NCBI GenBank assembly: GCA_965153355.1
Contig: OZ231126.1
Span: 15,562,001-15,626,000, forward strand
Length of the DNA: 64,000 nt
Direction: 5' to 3'
DNA from: Flaccisagitta enflata
Lineage: Eukaryota
Shown here in pieces: positions 1 to 15,141 of the stretch. Within the stretch, counting starts at the first letter, position 1. The number at the start of each line of letters is the position of its first letter. The position numbers were made by a program, and so were the translations under genes. The notes under the pieces were generated by a model. The model had not been told where the DNA came from. It worked only from the letters and a program-made list of their open reading frames with translations, and did no database searches.

Positions 1-332
1 TTTTCAATTTCTTTCTTTCTTCCTTTCTTTTATTCATTCATTCATTCATTCATTCATTCATTCATTCATTCATTCATTCATTCATTCATTCATTCATTCA
101 TTCATTCATTCATTCATTCATTCTTACTTTCTGCTGAGAAACGCATCAAACAACCTCAACGAGTCAACACAGTCTCTTTAGTCTTTACTCTTTACCTCTT
201 CATCTAACATAGGGTAGACAGGATGTGTGACTTACCAGATTTGACAGAGCTACGACATGCCTTTCAAACCTATGAAATGTCTGAGAGAAGATCTGAATGG
301 CTTCTTCCTTACTTGTTTTTATCATGTGGTCT

Positions 333-510
333 TTTTAATTGTGTGCACGCGACTCTATGACCCGCTATGTCTGTCTGTTGGTCCGTCCGTCTGTCAGTCA
401 GTCATTCTTAGTTATTTAAGGGGTAACAGGCGTTTTTGCGTTACTGCTCCTGCCCAAATACTTGTTTAGCCTTATCTATCCTTGTACCTCCTCACCCGCA
501 CGTAACATGG
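333..510 (+). mobile_element. Degraded DINE-1/HINE-like element (family A)
   Basis: GCACGCGACTCTA, a GTCY microsatellite, CTGCTCCTGCCCAAAT and CACCCGCACG are shared with the other copies. Confidence 0.6.
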
Positions 511-912
511 GTAACTGATCTGAAATGTATAAGTTTATACTTTGAAGGATTGATAATGCAGTATGACAGATCACTTGATCAAAACCACCTTTGATTTGAT
601 TGAACACATCCATAGTTTAAGCTTGTGGTTTTTGTATTTGGTTTTGGTTATCCTGTGATTTATAATGATTTTGATTTTGAGTTTGTATCATAAACTGGTT
701 TTGCATTGACGTCATTTGGCACGGTGTTTTTATGGTTTGATTTCTTATCAAAACAGTGATCTTTCAATGATAAAACTTCGTTCATTTTTAAAAGAACTAT
801 GATAGTATCAGTTATCAATGCTGCTCTATGGAAATTAAAAAGAGAGAACTAAAAGCTGACGGGAAATTTAATTCTAAAGTTTTCATTATTTTTTCCTCTG
901 CTTTTAAATAAG

Positions 913-1106
913 AACGAGGCCAGATACACGGTAACTAAAGTCGCGTGCGGGTGGGCAGGGGCCATATTTGAGGCCACAAGGTCATTTGGGCAGGAGCAGT
1001 GAGGTCAAAGAAAAAAAATCATAAAAAAAGTAAAGTGTGACCAACCGACCAACCGACCAACCGACGGACAAAGCGGGTTGTAGAGTCGCGTGCATGCGAC
1101 TAAAAA
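913..1106 (-). mobile_element. DINE-1/HINE-like non-autonomous element (family A)
   Basis: On the minus strand: 5' TTTTTAGTCGCATGCACGCGACTCTA hairpin, (GGTC/GGTT) microsatellite, subterminal CACGCGACT, and 3' CCGTGTATCTGGCCTCGTT. Confidence 0.8.
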
Positions 1107-1722
1107 TATAGAGACTTAAACTTTGCTGAACAATTCTAAGCGTCTGCAGCAATCTCAATATGAAATGATGCAATTTCACTTGTTGATTATTAGTTGTATT
1201 ATTTTTTTTTTTCCAAGTATTAGTAATTGTAAAATTTTGAATGAAACAATTTTAATTTCCTGAGCATGCCAAAGACGGAGCAAAAGCCTACTGTGAACCT
1301 ATCAAAATATAATTATCACTAATTTTGCTTATTTTCAGCAATCTACTTTTTTTGTACTCATGTTATGAGCATGAGCTCCCCATACTTCCAAGTCTAGACG
1401 GCATCTACTGTGTGCTTTCTCCAGGTCATTGAAACCCGCGCAAGAAACCTGGTTTTAGTTCTTCTCACGTTTTCTCTGTCTCAAATCGTCATTAGAGTGT
1501 CTGAAGTGTTTTTCGCGGCGGCATCTAGAAGCAGTTCGTTCGCTGCGCCGGATCAACAGGTTCTCTTCATCACCAATGTCAAATCAGTGATGCTTTATTA
1601 TTACTGTTATTATGATAATATCTCTCCCGTTTGTGTCTGTCGTGATTGTGCAGAATTTCGCTTTGTACTTTTTAAAGAACATTTCACCTTGAGCCAGTCA
1701 TCTTTGAGGCAATTTACTTTCG

Positions 1723-1791
<69 letters not shown>

Positions 1792-2026
1792 TCTCTCTCT
1801 CTCTCTCCTTCTCTCTTTCTCTTTCTTTCAAGTTCTTATCGAAATTGGGAAAAGTGTCTTTATTTGCTTTACATGAGAGAGGAAAGGTTGCAACTTTTTA
1901 ACCCTCCGTTGTTTTTGAACAATTTTAAGGTGGTGCTCCGTTCGATGAATCTTTTAGAAGCTTTGTTCTTCGCCATTGTAGCTTTTGGGCAACAGCACCA
2001 AATGAAGCATTGGCCTGCAAAAAAAT

Positions 2027-2462
2027 AACAAGGCCGGATACACGGCCCTTAGACAGTCGCTTGCGGGTGAGCAGGGGTGGTGATGCGGGTGGACAGGGGC
2101 AGTTGGCGGGGGTAGGTGTTATGTAGTCGCACCATAATGCTCCGAAACCTTTTTGGCAGCCAATATCGCGCAATACAAAATTTCGAAAAATAAAAACAAG
2201 CAAACATCCGAAATCAGCCGTGACAAATCTTAAAAATAGTACAAATAAGTCCTGAAAAGAACAAGTGACGCGGGGTCACAATATCGTAGCGGACGGGCGG
2301 GCAGGGGCGTTCAACCCCCATTCACACCTTCCCCTCACTGACACATACTCAAATACAAAAACGATCCCAACTGCGTCATCAAAAATGCACGTTTTTGCCC
2401 GCGAATGGACGGACCAACGGACGGACAAAGCCTCTTTAAGAGTGGCGTGTCCGCAACTATAA
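2027..2462 (-). mobile_element. Composite of two HINE-like elements (two 3' stem-loop ends, at ~2027 and ~2262)
   Basis: AACAAGGCCGGATACACGGCC and AACAAGTGACGCGGGGTCAC hairpin ends, a GGAC microsatellite, and a 5' end ...GCGTGTCCGCAACTA. Confidence 0.7.
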
Positions 2463-2621
2463 GCTAGAGTTTTTTCAATTATTTTTTTCAAGTTTTGACC
2501 TCTTATCCGCATTTCCTCTTCCGTCCCTTTCTGCTCTTCCCCTCCCCATAGGGAGATACGGTTCGTCTCTTCGTCCTTTCGCTTTTCAAAAAATCGTTCA
2601 CCTGTCGTCGACGGCAAACGA

Positions 2622-2664
<43 letters not shown>

Positions 2665-2802
2665 TCAAGTGTATCTATTTCTGGTTCTTTCTTTCTCTCT
2701 ATGCTCTCATCTTTTCCTCAGTCTCAAAGAAACGGCGGTAAATCTTTTTTTTCCTTTCTCGCATTCTTTTTGGCCTTCATTCCATACTTTTTGCGCTGTC
2801 TT

Positions 2803-2871
<69 letters not shown>

Positions 2872-2893
2872 GGTGGTGGTGGTGGTGGTGCTT

Positions 2894-2970
<77 letters not shown>

Positions 2971-3124
2971 ATTGTTATTGTTATTGTTGTTGTTGTTGTT
3001 GTTGTTCTTGTTCTTGTTTCTATTGCAGTTTTGTTTTTGTGATCGTTTTGTTTTTGTTTTTGTCGAGGTTGTTTTTATTCTTGCGGTAATTCTGTGCGTC
3101 ATGCTAGCTGCAGCAAAATCTTCT

Positions 3125-3360
3125 TTTTTAAGAGGCTTTATTCCGTCCGTCCGACCGTCCGTCCGTCCATCCGTCCGTCCGTCCGTCCGTCTGTCCTTCC
3201 GAAGAGGTGATCATGTCGAAAAGTGGAAAATGAGCATTTTGGATACTTCTTATGTATGTTTTTGTATGGAGTTTGGTTTGGGTTGTGGATGTGGGTTGAA
3301 TGCCATGCCCCTGCCCACCCGTCCGTAACGCAATAATGTGACCCCGCGTCACTTGTTTTA
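3125..3360 (+). mobile_element. HINE-like element (5'-truncated)
   Basis: TAAGAGGCTTT, (GTCC)n, CCCCTGCCCACCCGTCCG, and a 3' hairpin GTGACCCCGCGTCAC followed by TTGTTTT. Confidence 0.75.
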
Positions 3361-3525
3361 AACTGGGACATACTCTGGGCAAACTCGGTTCAATCGTCGC
3401 GTCGTTAGACTGTAATCTGCAAGATAGTTTTATGGCATTTGGCGACATCATCGAAATCATCATCGATGACGGCAGCACATCGAGTCACTCTCGGCTACTC
3501 AAAGAATAAAGTTGTTGTTGTTATT

Positions 3526-3632
<107 letters not shown>

Positions 3633-3693
3633 CAGTGTCGTTGTTGTTGTTGAAATGTTTTTTTTTGTTTGATTGTTTGATACAAAAAGAATC

Positions 3694-4340
3694 TTTTTAG
3701 TCGCGTGCTACGCGACTCTACATCCCGCTTTGTCGGTTCGTCGGTCTGTTGGTCCATCCGTCGGTCACACTCTACTTTTTTGGGTTTCTGGGCAGCGGCC
3801 CCGAAGAGGACGAAGTCCTGTAGAACACAGGGGGACTTTCGTTCGACATTCCGTCCATTTGTCCGTGCGTCCCTCCCGGGCTCTCTCAGGCCAGAAATCT
3901 GCCCTCTCAGGCCTAAAATTTACCCTCTCAGGCTTGAAATCTGCCCTCTCAGGCCTGAAATCTGTCCTCTCAGGCCTGAAATCTGGCTTCACAGATTCAA
4001 GGCCTGAGAGGGCAGATTTCAGGCCTGAGAGGGTAAATTTCAGGCCTGAGAGGGCATATTTTGGGCCTGAGAGGGCCTGGGGGGAACAAACGGACGGACA
4101 GATGGAATGACAAACTAAAGTCACCCGGTGTTCTACAGGACTTCGTCCCCTTCGGAACCGCTGCCCTGCTTCCTCTCACTCTATTTCACAATCACGCAAA
4201 GCAGGGCAACGGGTATCACTGACCACATATTGCCCTTTGGCGACCTGTTTGTGGTTTTTGGCCTCACTGCTCCTGCCCAAATGATCTGGTGATCTCCCAC
4301 CCGCACGCGACTGGGGTGGCCGTGTATCCGGCCTTGTTTT
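3694..4340 (+). mobile_element. HINE-like family A element interrupted by a nested family B element
   Basis: 5' hairpin AGTCGCGTGCTACGCGACT. The 3' part at 4251..4340 has CACGCGACT and the GGCCGTGTATCCGGCC hairpin followed by TTGTTTT. Confidence 0.8.
3790..4250 (+). mobile_element. Family B non-autonomous element: ~39-bp inverted repeats, internal 21-bp minisatellite, 3' tail
   Basis: GGGCAGCGGCCCCGAAGAGGACGAAGTCCTGTAGAACAC (3790-3828) is inverted at 4128-4166. CTCTCAGGCCTGAAATCTGCC units occur in both orientations. Related copies lie at 20738 and 40606. Confidence 0.8.
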
Positions 4341-4430
4341 TATGCATGTTGTCTGTTTCAATATCACTCAGCTTTACCAATTGTCAGTCCATTTCTCTGC
4401 CTTTCTGCCTGTCTGTCTGTCTGCCTGCCT

Positions 4431-4477
<47 letters not shown>

Positions 4478-4582
4478 GACGGCCGCCCGCGCTGCAGGTA
4501 ACAGACGAGTTAACAGAAGACAGCCACCTTACGGAATTAGCGATGAATATGAAGATCCTCAATCAGCCGGTCAGAACAAAAG

Positions 4583-4817
<235 letters not shown>

Positions 4818-5175
4818 AAAGGAGACAAAGACAGACAGACAGACAGGACATACAGACAGACAGACAGACAGACAGAGTAGGGCTGGGGCAGACACACAAA
4901 CAGATAGACAGAGGCGGGCAAAGAGAGTCACCGAGAGAGACACAGAGAGAGAGAATGCTTATCTCCGACTATCTATGGTAAAAGTCGTCCTCATCGTCGA
5001 TTGATTGATTCCCCGCGGTACTACTGCCCCGCCTCTGCCGCCCCTGGGACCAAACCTCTGTTTGAGAGAGTCGGAGGGGGAATCATTCTGTTCTTCTTTC
5101 TTGCTCTCTCTCTTTCTATTTCTTTTTTTCTTTTTTTTTGCTTTCTTTCTTTTCTTTTCTCTGTTTTTCTTTCGG

Positions 5176-5263
<88 letters not shown>

Positions 5264-5386
5264 TCGTTCGTTCCATCTTTCTTTCTTTCTTTCTTTCTTT
5301 TTGCTTCTTTTTTCCTTCTTTTTTCTTTCATTTTCCTTTCCTGTGTTTTCTCTCACTTTATCTCTTTCTTTTTTTCTTTCATTTTT

Positions 5387-5441
<55 letters not shown>

Positions 5442-5442
5442 C

Positions 5443-5498
<56 letters not shown>

Positions 5499-5510
5499 TT
5501 TTCTTTCTTT

Positions 5511-5601
<91 letters not shown>

Positions 5602-5619
5602 CTTTCTTTCTTTTCTTTA

Positions 5620-5754
<135 letters not shown>

Positions 5755-5996
5755 CACTAGTAGTACTACTGTCTTTCTAGTTGTAGCGGCGGCGTCCAGG
5801 TCCTCGTGCCCCCGCTGTGACTCACGGCGCCTCCAATTAATCGTCGCGTCTCCACGCTTTCATCCTTCGCTCGAGGATGCAGGCGCGTCCCAGGTTCGAA
5901 TCCACGTCCCGTCGCGAAAGACAGAAACAGACACAAAAGAGCAATCGAACGCCAACTCGGAATCATCTTTTTGTTCCGCCACGCGTGTATTTGGAG

Positions 5997-6118
<122 letters not shown>

Positions 6119-6139
6119 GCTGTTGTTGTTGCTGAGTCG

Positions 6140-6174
<35 letters not shown>

Positions 6175-6285
6175 GCGGCAAATTTGAGCTTCGTTGTTGA
6201 ACATTCAGGTTGGAACAGCAATTCTCACTGTTGGGTTGTTGAGCAGTTGTCGTTGTCGTTGTCGTCGTTGTCGTTGTTGTTGTGG

Positions 6286-6328
<43 letters not shown>

Positions 6329-6557
6329 CTTTGTTGTTGCGGTTGTTTTGGTTTCAAGGCGCGCCTGCGTACATTTGTGCTTGATTGTTTGTATGAATCT
6401 TCGTCTACAAAGTTCAAGGGACGAATGAACAAAAAGAGAGAAAGAAAGTCAAGGAGGAAAGAAGAAAGGAAAGATGGGGAAAAAAATATATAGAAAGAAA
6501 CAAAAAGTAAGAAAACAGCAAAAAGAAAGAAAAAAAGAAAATAAGAAAAAAACGAAA

Positions 6558-6649
<92 letters not shown>

Positions 6650-8833
6650 GAAAGAGTGAGAGAGAGAGTCAGAGAAAGAGAGAGAGAGAGAGAGTCAGAG
6701 AAAGAGAGAGAGAGAGAGTCAGAGAAAGAGAGAGAAACAAAATGAGAGAAACAAAGAAACAAATGATAAAAAAGGGAAAAACAATCAAAAGAACAATCAT
6801 TTAGTCAATCAATTAATTAATGAAGAAAAAATTTAAAGAAGGAACTGAGTCATTTTCAATGAAGGTAGTGACTTTTTTTCTACTTCTCTTCGAATAGATT
6901 TTATTTGTACCTGCGCTGTCCTCAATCGATTTTGTTAAGATATTCGATATCATTTTTTTTTCTTTTTTTTTCTTTTTTTGTAAATTCTTATACTTTCCTT
7001 CACTTTTTCCATGATAATTTTCCTTTATGCAGGATTTATGAATGTACTTATTGGCGAAATGATAAGCGTTTGCGAGCTGGAAGAAAACGAAGAAGAAGGA
7101 GAAGAAGAAGAAGAAGGTGAAGAAGAAGAAGAAGAAGAAGAAGAAGAAGAAGAAGAAGAAGAAGAAGAAGAAGAAGAAGAAGAAGAAGAAGAAGAAGAAG
7201 AAGAAGAAGAAGAAGAAGAAGAAGAAGAAGAAGACGAAAAAGAAGAAGAAGGAGAAGGAGAAGGAGAAGAAGAAGAAGAAGAAGAAGAAGAAGAAGAAGA
7301 AGAAGAAGAAGAAGAAGAAGAAGAAGAAGAAGAAGAAGAAGAAGAAGAAGAAGAAGAAGAAGAAGAAACAGAAGTTAAAGAAAGGAAAGAAAAAACGAAA
7401 GAAGAAGCAAAAGAAGCAAGAGTGAAATACAGAGAAAAGACAACAGGGAAAGTTTGTGGAAAAGAAAGAAAAGAAATCTTTCCGAGATTCCGTATATTTC
7501 GTCGCGGCCTGCCTTCGCGCATCGCAACCGCCTCCTTCTCCTCCTCCTCCTCCTCCTCCTCCACCTTTCTCCGCTCCTTTTCCCTTTTCGTCCCCTTCTT
7601 TTCTCCCACTTCTTCTTCTTCTTCTTCCTCTCCCTTCTCCTCCTCCTCATTATCATCCTCACCTCGGTTCCTCCTTTCACCCTGCCTCCTCCTCCTCCTC
7701 CTCCTTATCGACGTCTTGTAAGTCAAGTTAGGAATCTCCGTCCCTGACTGGACATCAGATCTTTCTGGACGGGATTCCTGAATGGACGACCCTCGAAGAA
7801 AAAAATAGAGACAAGACGAAAAAGAAGAAAAAAAAACTCACTTCCCAAATTTTGACTAACTCCTCATTCTTCCCACAAAAATACTAACTAAAGAACTAAA
7901 CAAACTGCATAACCTTAAATAATTAACAAAAAAAAAGTCATTAAGATACAGAGAAAAAAAAACTACAAAAAAAGATTGTATCAAAAAAAATTTACCTTTA
8001 CCTTTCATGTTACCTCGCTCTCTCTCTCTCTCTCTTTCGCGTATCTAACGGAGGAACCGAGGTAAAGGAAGAAATCCAAAATCATCAATCAGCAAAAGAA
8101 AAAAAAACTTGCTTTTTTTTCGAATCAAATCGAATTTTTTCATCCGGCAAAAAAAAATTCCGCCTTTTCAATCATATATCGCAACCGTCGATTAAAAAAA
8201 TGAAATGTAGATGTGAATCAAATAAAGAATAGAAAAGTTTATTGCAACCGTCCAATACCTTTCTTTTTTATTGCAAAAACAAAAAAACAAGAATCATTTA
8301 CTCTAACGTGACTAATTTCCGAATTTTTCTCTTTCTCTCTATCTTTTATAAACCTTTAGAGAAAAAACGAACTGAAGAAGAAGATTATTTTCTAATCACG
8401 ATATCATCATCCAACTAACTATCTCTGTCTCTCTCTCTCTCTATCCAACCTTCATTTACTCGCGATTACTCATTAGAAAAACAAAACACGTAACACTGTT
8501 ATCGTGACACACTCCATAAATGATAGAATGTAACCTATACAAGCAGACACGGAAAAACCCAAACCAAAGTAATAATAGAAAATTAAAGGACCAAAGAATC
8601 TCTCTCTCTCTCTCATTCACTTTCACGCGTGTGTATATTTTGGCTTCATCAACGTTGTCTCCCTCTCGCCCACTCCTCACTAGTCGGTCCCTCTCTCTAT
8701 TTCATCATTTTCTCTTTCCAAACTTTGAAAGAACCCAATCCGCCTTTATGTCACGCGAAAACGAGTGATTTCAACATTTCTTTTTGTTTTGTTGATAAGA
8801 GCAAAAGAAAGAAATAAAAAAAAGACTTAAGCT

Positions 8834-9985
8834 ATGGATCCAAAGAGAATAACGACAAATACGACTTTGGTGACTGATTCCGACTTCCAACTGATTGTCG
8901 ACGACTTCGACGTCGTCACAACGGCAGCAACAGCGACAGCACCCTCGGGCATTCAACAGCAACAGCAACGGAGGGTCGAAACGGAAACTGACGCCAACGT
9001 TAGACGTCATTGCAGAGGTTGTAACTATCAACCTTACGCCGCCACCCAATCCGCTCTTTCACTATTTCTCCCTTCTCCCTTTGCCACGAAGTCGATGACA
9101 AAGCCGATGATGACGACGACGATGACGACGGCGGCATCATCCACGGCGCCCGCCGATGATTCCGACGCCTTATTACAGAGCCGCTTGACGACGTCGTCGA
9201 CAAACTCTTTCACACCTTCCTTCTCCCCTTCCTCCCATACGTTATCATCATCACCCTCCAACTCCCAAACGGTGGAGACCCAAGAATCTACAATGGCATC
9301 AAAGACGAACGATGCGACCACAACCACCACCAGTTTGACTATCTCGTCTTCACACCATCACGCCGACGACCGGACATCAGCATCATCCTCCTCGTCTTCG
9401 TCTTCCACTTACGATCGCGCTGCTCCCGAGAATGAACTCACTGACTACCATCGCTATCACAACCACAATCACGACGCATCTGAACTGTTTCCATCTGCTT
9501 ACGGTCGAGCCCGCGCCTCCGCTTCTTCTTCTTCTTCCTCCTCCCACACTTCTCGACCCTCCTCCTCGTTATCAGCATCATCGTCATTACCATCATTATC
9601 ATCTTCATCGCCATCGTCGTCGTCATCGTCTTCTTCCACATCTTCTTCTTCTTCTTCTTCTTCGGCTTCACGGTGGTGGTTGCCTAACAAACTGGTGGCG
9701 TTTTTGTTCGTGTTCCTGTTGGGCCAGGAATTGCTCTTTCACCCCACGGAAGGCTGCGGTCCGGGACGGGGGCGCGCCGGTCAGAGGCGGCGTCGGAAAC
9801 ACACGCCCCTCGTCTACCGTCAGCACGTCCCCAACGTCGCCGAGAACACCCTCGGCGCCTCTGGCCTTCCCGAAGGAGCCATCCAAAGGTCCGACAAGAG
9901 ATTCAAAGACCTCGTCGAAAACAGAAATCCAGACATCATCTTCAGAGACGAGGAGAAAACCGGCGCCGACAGAATGATGACTAAG
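8834..9985 (+). CDS. hh: Hedgehog precursor, coding exon 1 (long Ser/Thr-rich leader, internal signal sequence, start of Hh-N)
   Basis: Hydrophobic [16 protein letters not shown] precedes CGPGRG (Cys codon 9755), then a basic RRRRKH motif and [21 protein letters not shown]...[17 protein letters not shown]. The donor AAG|GTAAGA at 9985/9986 is phase 0, at the conserved hedgehog intron-1 position. The true start codon is uncertain (first in-frame ATG 8834, last 9293). Confidence 0.95.
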
Positions 9986-10017
9986 GTAAGAGAGAGAGAG
10001 AGAGAGTGAGAGAGTGA

Positions 10018-10167
<150 letters not shown>

Positions 10168-11125
10168 ACTGACAGACAGAGAGAGTGAGTGAGAGAGAGT
10201 TTTTTTAAGAAACAAACAAACAAACAGACGGTCGTTCGAGTGATGTAAGGTACATATTAATTCTTAAATGAAACCTCCTTGAATATACCGGGAGACGCGT
10301 TAGCAGACAGACGTTTGACCTGTATAACTTTATAAGTTTAAACTTAACGAACTCTGTTCAAAAACAAATAAATGACTTTTCGATGTTTTCATATTAGAAT
10401 ACATTCCAATTTTTCATCCATTGGCAAGGTTTCGTAGACAAATATAAATGTTGAACATAATTCTGATAATTATGACGTTATCAAAAACAGATTGTATATA
10501 CATGGGAGGATCTAAAATTTTGGCCACGGCCTATTAAAGAAATTGAAATAATGATAAGAATAAGAAGAATTGAATTAATAGGAGGTGCAGTTTTTAAAAA
10601 AGCCAAGAAAAAAGGGGCAACAATAGAAATAAAGGACAATGATTCTTTTTTCTTTTTTCTTTCTTTTGGTAAATGTGTGTGAGAATCTTTCTCAAGAAAG
10701 ACAGAGAAGGAGAACGAAAATGCCATAAAAACAAAGCAATTCCAAGCGAGAAAATTAGGTAGAGGATTATAAAAAAAAAATGATAGAAGCAAATTTATTT
10801 TATACCTTGTCCTACCGCTCTCGCCACATCTTTCAAGCAATATCAAATTACTCTGATATAAACGGCAAATTTCACAAGTTTCGGACGGTGGTTTAGAAAA
10901 AGACGGAGGAAAGCTCAAAAATTTGGGATAGAATGAGGAAGAAGAAGAAGAAGAAGAAGAAGAAGAAGAAGAAGAAGAAGAAGAAGAAGAAGAAGAAGAA
11001 GAAGAAGAAGAAGAAGAAGAAGAAGAAGAAGAAGAAGAAGAAGGAGAGGAAGAACAAGAACAAGCAGAAGAAGAAGAAGAAGGAGAATTTGTCTATTGTT
11101 TTTACGTTCTTCTTTCCGGAAAAAA

Positions 11126-11226
<101 letters not shown>

Positions 11227-11953
11227 CAGAGTTTTAACGGGCGAGGGGGAGGGGCAACAAAATGACTGATAAGACCCGAGTCACGAGAAAACAAGCATCT
11301 CTTGATTGGGTAATAAAGTCATCCCCCCCAAACCAGAGAGAGAGAGAGAGAGACACCTAACAAAGGCGTACTTTATGATCATCAGTATTTTCGGGAAAAT
11401 TTTCTTTAAAACGTTTCCCAAATTACAACTTTTAATGCGTTTCCGGAAGTTTTAAAACAGTCAACGCGTAAACAAATCTTGAAGACGATGATGACGATGA
11501 CGACAATGACGACGATGACGACGATGACGACGATGATGGCGAAAAAGGCGAAGGCGAGGTTGATATCGTTATCGTAGACGATCATTGAAATGATGACGTA
11601 GTATCTTAATATTCTATCAACGAATACAAGCAATGGTTCTTCCTTGAAAAAAAAAAAACACTATTTCGGGCTATGCAAGTTCGTTATTTCTCAACCCTCA
11701 TAGCCTCACTTCTTCCGCTTTAAAAGCAGTATTAAATTGACAACCAAAACTGGGTGGTTGTATATTCAACTTAAGCTTGACTTGAATTAAACTTCAGCAA
11801 TTTGACCGTTCAGAAGCTGCTTCGCTTTCCCTACAACCCCCTCTACCCCCCCCCCTAGCCCATCTTTCATTTTTCTTCCCTTGCCCACTCATTTTCACAT
11901 TATACGGCCTTCTAAGCCTAGCCTTTCCCTGAATCCCTCTCTTTAACACCTGT

Positions 11954-12046
<93 letters not shown>

Positions 12047-12416
12047 TTACAGCTTTATCCTAATTATTCACTCAAAAGTTAAAACCAGTTGTTCGGTGGG
12101 TTCTTCTTCTTCTTCTTTTTCGCCCCCGCTTCATAAACTCGGCTCTTTACAAAAAAAAGTCCCTGTTTATGAACCCTAACTACGCTTCCGTCTATCAAAT
12201 ATGTAGGAAGATGAAGATGATGGTAACGATGACGATGATGACGACGATGACGTTAATGCTATGGAACATTGATAATGATAAAGAAAAAGATAGAAAAAAA
12301 AGGCGTTGCTATTGAAATTTTCGTAGAGTTTATGGAATGTTTTTTTGTATCAAGATTTTATCCTCGGACTTATAACTTCCATCTTTTTCTCTTTGTGTGT
12401 GCGTGTATGTGTATGT

Positions 12417-12465
<49 letters not shown>

Positions 12466-12663
12466 TGTTTCTTTTTAGCGGGGGTCCTCTTCTTATGCCT
12501 CACCGGCGTAAAAAGAGTGTGATTGAAAAATGAAAATTTTGTCATAGTTGGAATTTTTGCGCTCATTCCGTCTTCCATCGAAATCCAAGAAAGGATAAAA
12601 AAGGAAGAAGAAAAAGATTCTTTGCCTTTTTTTCTACATTACATTTCTCTGTCTCTGTTTCTC

Positions 12664-12756
<93 letters not shown>

Positions 12757-13038
12757 CAAGCGCGGTACTTTCAACGTTTGTCAACTTTTGCATCAATTTT
12801 CTTCAAGGTCTTTTTTTTTTCTAATCTTCTTTCCTTTCTTCGTGGTCTTGCGCAAAACGCTTCGAGTTCCTTGCATTAGGAACATTTCTTTTACATTAAA
12901 ATCTATGAGGAAATCTCTCTAGAAAATCAATTTCTATATTTTTGCACATGTTATTCGAAAAGCACTTTTGATTTAGTTCTTGAAACAATTCTCAACTTCT
13001 TTTTTCATGCGTAAACGAGATTGCTTCCAAGAGTGGTT

Positions 13039-13108
<70 letters not shown>

Positions 13109-13193
13109 AACCACGACAAATTTTGTGCGCAAAGTAATCTCAATTTCAATTATCTACCCGATTGCTCTCTCTCTCTCTCTCACTCACACTCTC

Positions 13194-13250
<57 letters not shown>

Positions 13251-13791
13251 CTCTCTTGTGTCCTTACCTCAGATTGTCAGGTTGTTGCTGCTGCTGTCCA
13301 TTTCTCCTCCCCCTTTTTTGCGAGGGTTGAGAGGTACAGACACTTCCTCTTTTAGTGATGCCCAGTGAAATTTCACACTCCCAATTTTTGCCTTTTATTT
13401 TCTTTTCTCGTCGGAAAAAATGTTGGTCATGAGAGTTCTTTTTTTTCTTCCTATTTCTTTTTTTTTTGATTCTTGAGGTTGGGCAGGTTGTCAAATTTTT
13501 TTTTTCTATGGAAATGTTTCTCATGAGCGTTTTTTACTTTTCGGCACTCATACACACCAAAATCCAGCCATTCTTGCGATGGTAAGGTTACGGTGGAAGC
13601 CCTGCACTCGGCCCAAAATCGTGGATGAACTAGCTTCTAGATAGAGATGCGGATTGATACTGATTGTGTTTACAACTAGACTTTCTCTCATCTCTTCAGC
13701 TCTGCCTCCTCCTGTCTGTCTCTTTCTCTTATTTGTCCTTCTTCTTTTATCTTTCATTTCACTTCTTTGATGCTTGATATTCGCTGTTTAC

Positions 13792-13924
<133 letters not shown>

Positions 13925-14038
13925 GTGATTTCAGACCAAAAAAACTTTTGGACTGAGGACTCCGAGGGGAGAAACTTTCAATTAAAATTTCTAAGATGAT
14001 TCCATAACCATAATCTGACGCCGTCCTAGTGTGGGAAA

Positions 14039-14194
<156 letters not shown>

Positions 14195-15086
14195 TACTTT
14201 CAAGGTAAAAGGCAGACATAGCTCCGGGAAAAGAGGAGAAGACTGAGTTATATTAGGAGTTTTACGTGTCCCCACTTGGACCAACAAAAATGTGTACATT
14301 TTCGATGGAAGAGAGGTAAAAATTGAGAAATTCTTTCATGCACTCTCTTTTTTCTTCTCTCTCTCTCTCTTACTCTTGGTCTGATTTTTCCTCAAATACG
14401 TGAGTTTCTTGTATTGGCATTTTATGTTTGTCATTGCTAGAACATTACATCAAACAAATGTGGTAACATTACCTCTCACATCTGAAACTGTTAGTGAATT
14501 GGCTTATTTTGAAAATCTATTTTTCCTGATGTTCACGATTCAGCATTTGATTTGATTGGATTGGACTGGAAATAATGCTTATTGTGCCGAATTTTCTCAT
14601 CATAACTTGACTTGGTCATTTATGACATCGGCCTTGAATTTTACCTTGCTGCCACATCCTTTGTTGTCCTTGTCATTGTCTATGTTGTCCCGCATTGTTC
14701 CAGCCTATGTTGTCTTTGTCATTCTTGACATTGGCGTTGAATTGTCATTGTCCTCGTCCACTTAAATCCAATCAGACTTGGGTCCGGCCTCCAATTGTGA
14801 CGCAAAAGTGTCTCTTTTCTCCGTCGCTTCTCAGATTTTTTGCGGTTCTTCTCTCTCTCTCTCTCTCTCGCTCTCTCTCTTTCCTTTCTTCCAATTTTTC
14901 CTTCTCTTTTCCCAACTTTTGCCTTCTTTATTTCTTTTTCTTTCTTTTTTTAGCTATTTTTTTTTCTTTCTTTTTTTCTCTGAGCTCAAAGAAAGGAGAA
15001 TAAAGGACTTCTTTTTTTCACTCCGTGTTTTCCCTCCCAGAGTCGCTCACCGCCCGTCCTCACCCTTGCCTTACCTGCCACACCTC

Positions 15087-15141
<55 letters not shown>

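Noticed and set aside
3880-4080. CRISPR-like array or SALSGLK repeat protein
   Set aside because: These are tandem 21-bp units without unique spacers, inside a mobile element in a eukaryotic context with no cas genes.
11751-11760. Possible GLI/Ci site (TGGGTGGTT)
   Set aside because: It is a single imperfect match to TGGGTGGTC, expected by chance in 64 kb.
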